A DNA stretch of 64,000 bases from Curvularia clavata (taxonomy: Eukaryota): contig CP089277.1 of assembly GCA_023920165.1 (NCBI GenBank), forward strand, positions 3,410,001 through 3,474,000, in the 5' to 3' direction. The notes beneath the pieces were generated by a model, which worked only from the letters and a program-made list of their open reading frames with translations, had not been told where the DNA came from and did no database searches. The position numbers and the translations under genes are program-made. Within the stretch, counting starts at the first letter, position 1. Every line of letters starts with the position of its first letter. Shown here one piece after another: positions 61,301-64,000 of this stretch.

Positions 61301-64000
61301 TAGGCCCGGTGGATATTTTTGCTTGGATGTTTGTTGCATGCATAGCTGCATGGGTCCGACGCGCGGCCGACTTGAAAAGAAGGCGTCGTTCGATACGAGG
61401 GCATAAGCATTATGCCCATTGCTACATAGTATTTTCTGTATTTGCAAGCTTATCACTTCAATGATCAATCTAGATGTGGAATGGCAGGCGAGTCAGTTGA
61501 TGTTGTAAAGAGAACCTGTGCCTTGTTAGTCATGCCAATCAAAGGTGATCTTCTGGTAAGCACTGCGGTGTGGCGTGCCATATGCACGACATCAAGGGAA
61601 CGTCGCCTGATCCTCTAGTCGTCGATCGCTCGCATCGCTTAGAAAAGTTTTGTGATGGGGGTGCGTGTGGCCTCGCAAAGACTGCGCCAAGGTAGTATGT
61701 TCCACTGTTCCCTACGTGGGCAAGGCAATTGTCGACTGTCTGTTGGCCTTGGGATGATGATGTTCGAAAACAAGAATTCACTGTTGTTGCAGATGACAAC
61801 GGCGTATCGAACAATGGTAGACAAACAAACAGAGCAAAGAAAAAGGGCTTACCATACTCACCCGAAAAAAAAAATGCAACTAAAGATCTTTCACACCGTT
61901 CACACAATGTAGGAAGGATCGTGGCTGTCCACCAGCCTCGAGGGTCCTCTGAACGGTAGCATGCAGACAATTGCAGAAGTGGTTAATGACTCTGACCCTG
62001 GCCCCTACGCAGTGTGAGATGCAGCGGCCCTCAATCTCCGGTAGTGCGGGATAAAAGGCCATATCGTTCGACACAGCCAACAGCATTTACGGCCGAAAAG
62101 TAACCAGATGGTTGGATCCCTCAAGGGCGGTGGTTTTGTTTGGAACAGTGGAGGTCTTGTGCGCAGCTGCCTCGCACTCACACTCGCCCTGGAGTTGAAT
62201 GGTCAGCCGGGCCTATTCCTGTGCACCCACACGACAAATGACGTCTGCATCTCTCGATAGCTCGGCAGCACGATGGTGTGAGTGTGTGGGGAACAAACAG
62301 GGTGCCACCCCAAGGCTGTCTAGAGCACTTTGAGACGGGCGATCCGAACAAATAGCGCAGTCGTATGCTGGCGGCCAGGGATGGCGCTCATAACCCTGGC
62401 CCCAGCGCTGAGAGGCGTGCGGCGCTTCTGCCAAAATCTGACCCTTGAAAGGCGCTGGTGCTTACCGTGTATCTGTGCACTTGGCTGAACCCGTCGCTAA
62501 ATACTGCTAAGAGGGCATGGTGTGCGTGTGTGAAATGGAGGACCATGTGACTGAAGCGCTAGCGGCCTAGTTTCCCAGCCAGCAACCTCCACCACCCGCC
62601 TCGAGCCCACTTGTTTGCTCATCTAATCCCACCATACGTGCCTCGCATCGCGACTACGGCCAAAATCCAGATTCATGAGCATGCGCGCAGCCTCGTGCCT
62701 GCTGACACCTGCCGTATCTGTGCGCGCTCAATGGGTTGCAGGGCTGGATAGCTTCTCACTCCACGATCGCATGGTCTGGGGTGAACCTGAGAACTCACTG
62801 ACCGGACAGCAGTATCCCGGACGGCGTCGACCTGGATCACTGCGGCTCGTACTGATACCAATTTGGCAAGTAGTACTGTTAGATGGATGCCTTGCGCCAT
62901 AGCCCTGCAGCCAGTAACACTCGGTCGGTAAGTTTGCCGTCGAGTACATACACGAAAGAGTTCGATTAGTTCAACAAAACCCGCCGATCGGAAACACTAA
63001 GCACTCGCCCACATAGCGACAGAGACAATAGTTTGTACAAGGGCACCGTCAGGTGTTGCGAAGAAAGCAATGCCACCCTCTGCCGAGCACTTACCCCGTG
63101 TTCTCTGATTCGGCAGCACTACCGAAAAGGCCCTGTGCCATGATTAGAGGGCTGCAGGGGTGCCTTTACTTCTGACTATCGTGTGCTCGTATGCAAAACC
63201 GCGATCTCCGATGGCCTCGAATATCTCACGAAAATCAATCTCGCCAGTCTGTTCTGGTAAACGCTTGCGTCCGGGTTACGTCACTACTTTACCGGTGTCC
63301 CTATTCTTGAAGCAAGTGAGACCAGTCAACACCTGCGCTCCCAGAAATGTGTACAAAGTATCTTGTGGAAGCCGCGCGAGTCAAGGTAAGAGGCGCATCG
63401 TGCACACTGCCACGGTCTTTTCCGACTTCGCTAGTATCCAAGTATGCGGGATCTGCTTGCAATCTTAGTCTACGTTGGCCAGAAATGACACTGGGAAGCT
63501 GGGAGATGTCCCGGTTTGCGCCCAAAGTTCATCTTGAACAGGAGCATAGTGATGGCGCTGACGTTCAAACCCCCTGTCCACACTAGAGAGTTCTGGTCCG
63601 ATTCATCAGTCGAGGCTTGGTACGGGTTCAAGACAATTTCCGAAACGGGAAATTTGGAGAACGACTAGCCAAGTCGGATGGATGCTTTTCAGATTGTGGA
63701 AACGCCGCGCGGCGGGTGGTGGAGATATCCCGTCGGACCAACTACCTCCTCTCATGGTGAAGTGTGTGTGGTCAAGGAGCGTCGTTGCTCTTACTACGAG
63801 AGAGAGAGAGCGTCGTCACTGAACAGTTGCAACTCAAACAAAGGAGCTTCGACGGTCACAAAAACGTACAATTCAATGGCATCGCGGTCGCCAATTGTAC
63901 TGTGGCATTTGAGGCTCTATATGTGTAGGCTTCTTCGGTCCCTGCCTCTCATGATGCCGTGCAGAAGCGCGCAGCTGCAAGTCAACAGTTACAAGGCCTG

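Noticed and set aside
63648..63663. GGGAAATTTGGAGAAC resembling RNase P RNA CR-I
   Set aside because: The match is poor and I found no complementary CR-V element.

Overview
Gene-dense, intron-containing eukaryotic DNA from a filamentous ascomycete. The ~50-60 nt GT-AG introns with CTRAC branch points and the protein styles suggest Dothideomycetes/Pleosporales (my inference). I can reconstruct 19 protein-coding genes. They are SWD1, IES4, a RanBP9/10-like CTLH subunit, a PDP-like PP2C, an ArsB-type permease, two hybrid histidine kinases (SLN1-like and NIK1/OS-1), a RING-SNF2 helicase, a LAA2-like protein, NSP1, a divergent pantothenate-type MFS/amidase pair, a long MFS protein, ATP20, ROK1 and four hypothetical genes. 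I see no rRNA, tRNA, CRISPR array or intact transposon. This looks like core housekeeping chromosome and I cannot demonstrate a new system. The best leads are regulatory: (i) the MFS/amidase pair, which has a GATA-rich shared promoter and a putative structured 5'-UTR intron containing upstream ATGs; (ii) the two HOG-pathway sensor kinases lying 7.4 kb apart, each with a uORF, plus a perfect CRE upstream of NIK1; (iii) a long hairpin in the oversized ATP20 intron; (iv) a perfect 15-bp minisatellite with G-quadruplex potential upstream of IES4. Exon boundaries were read by eye and need RNA-seq confirmation.
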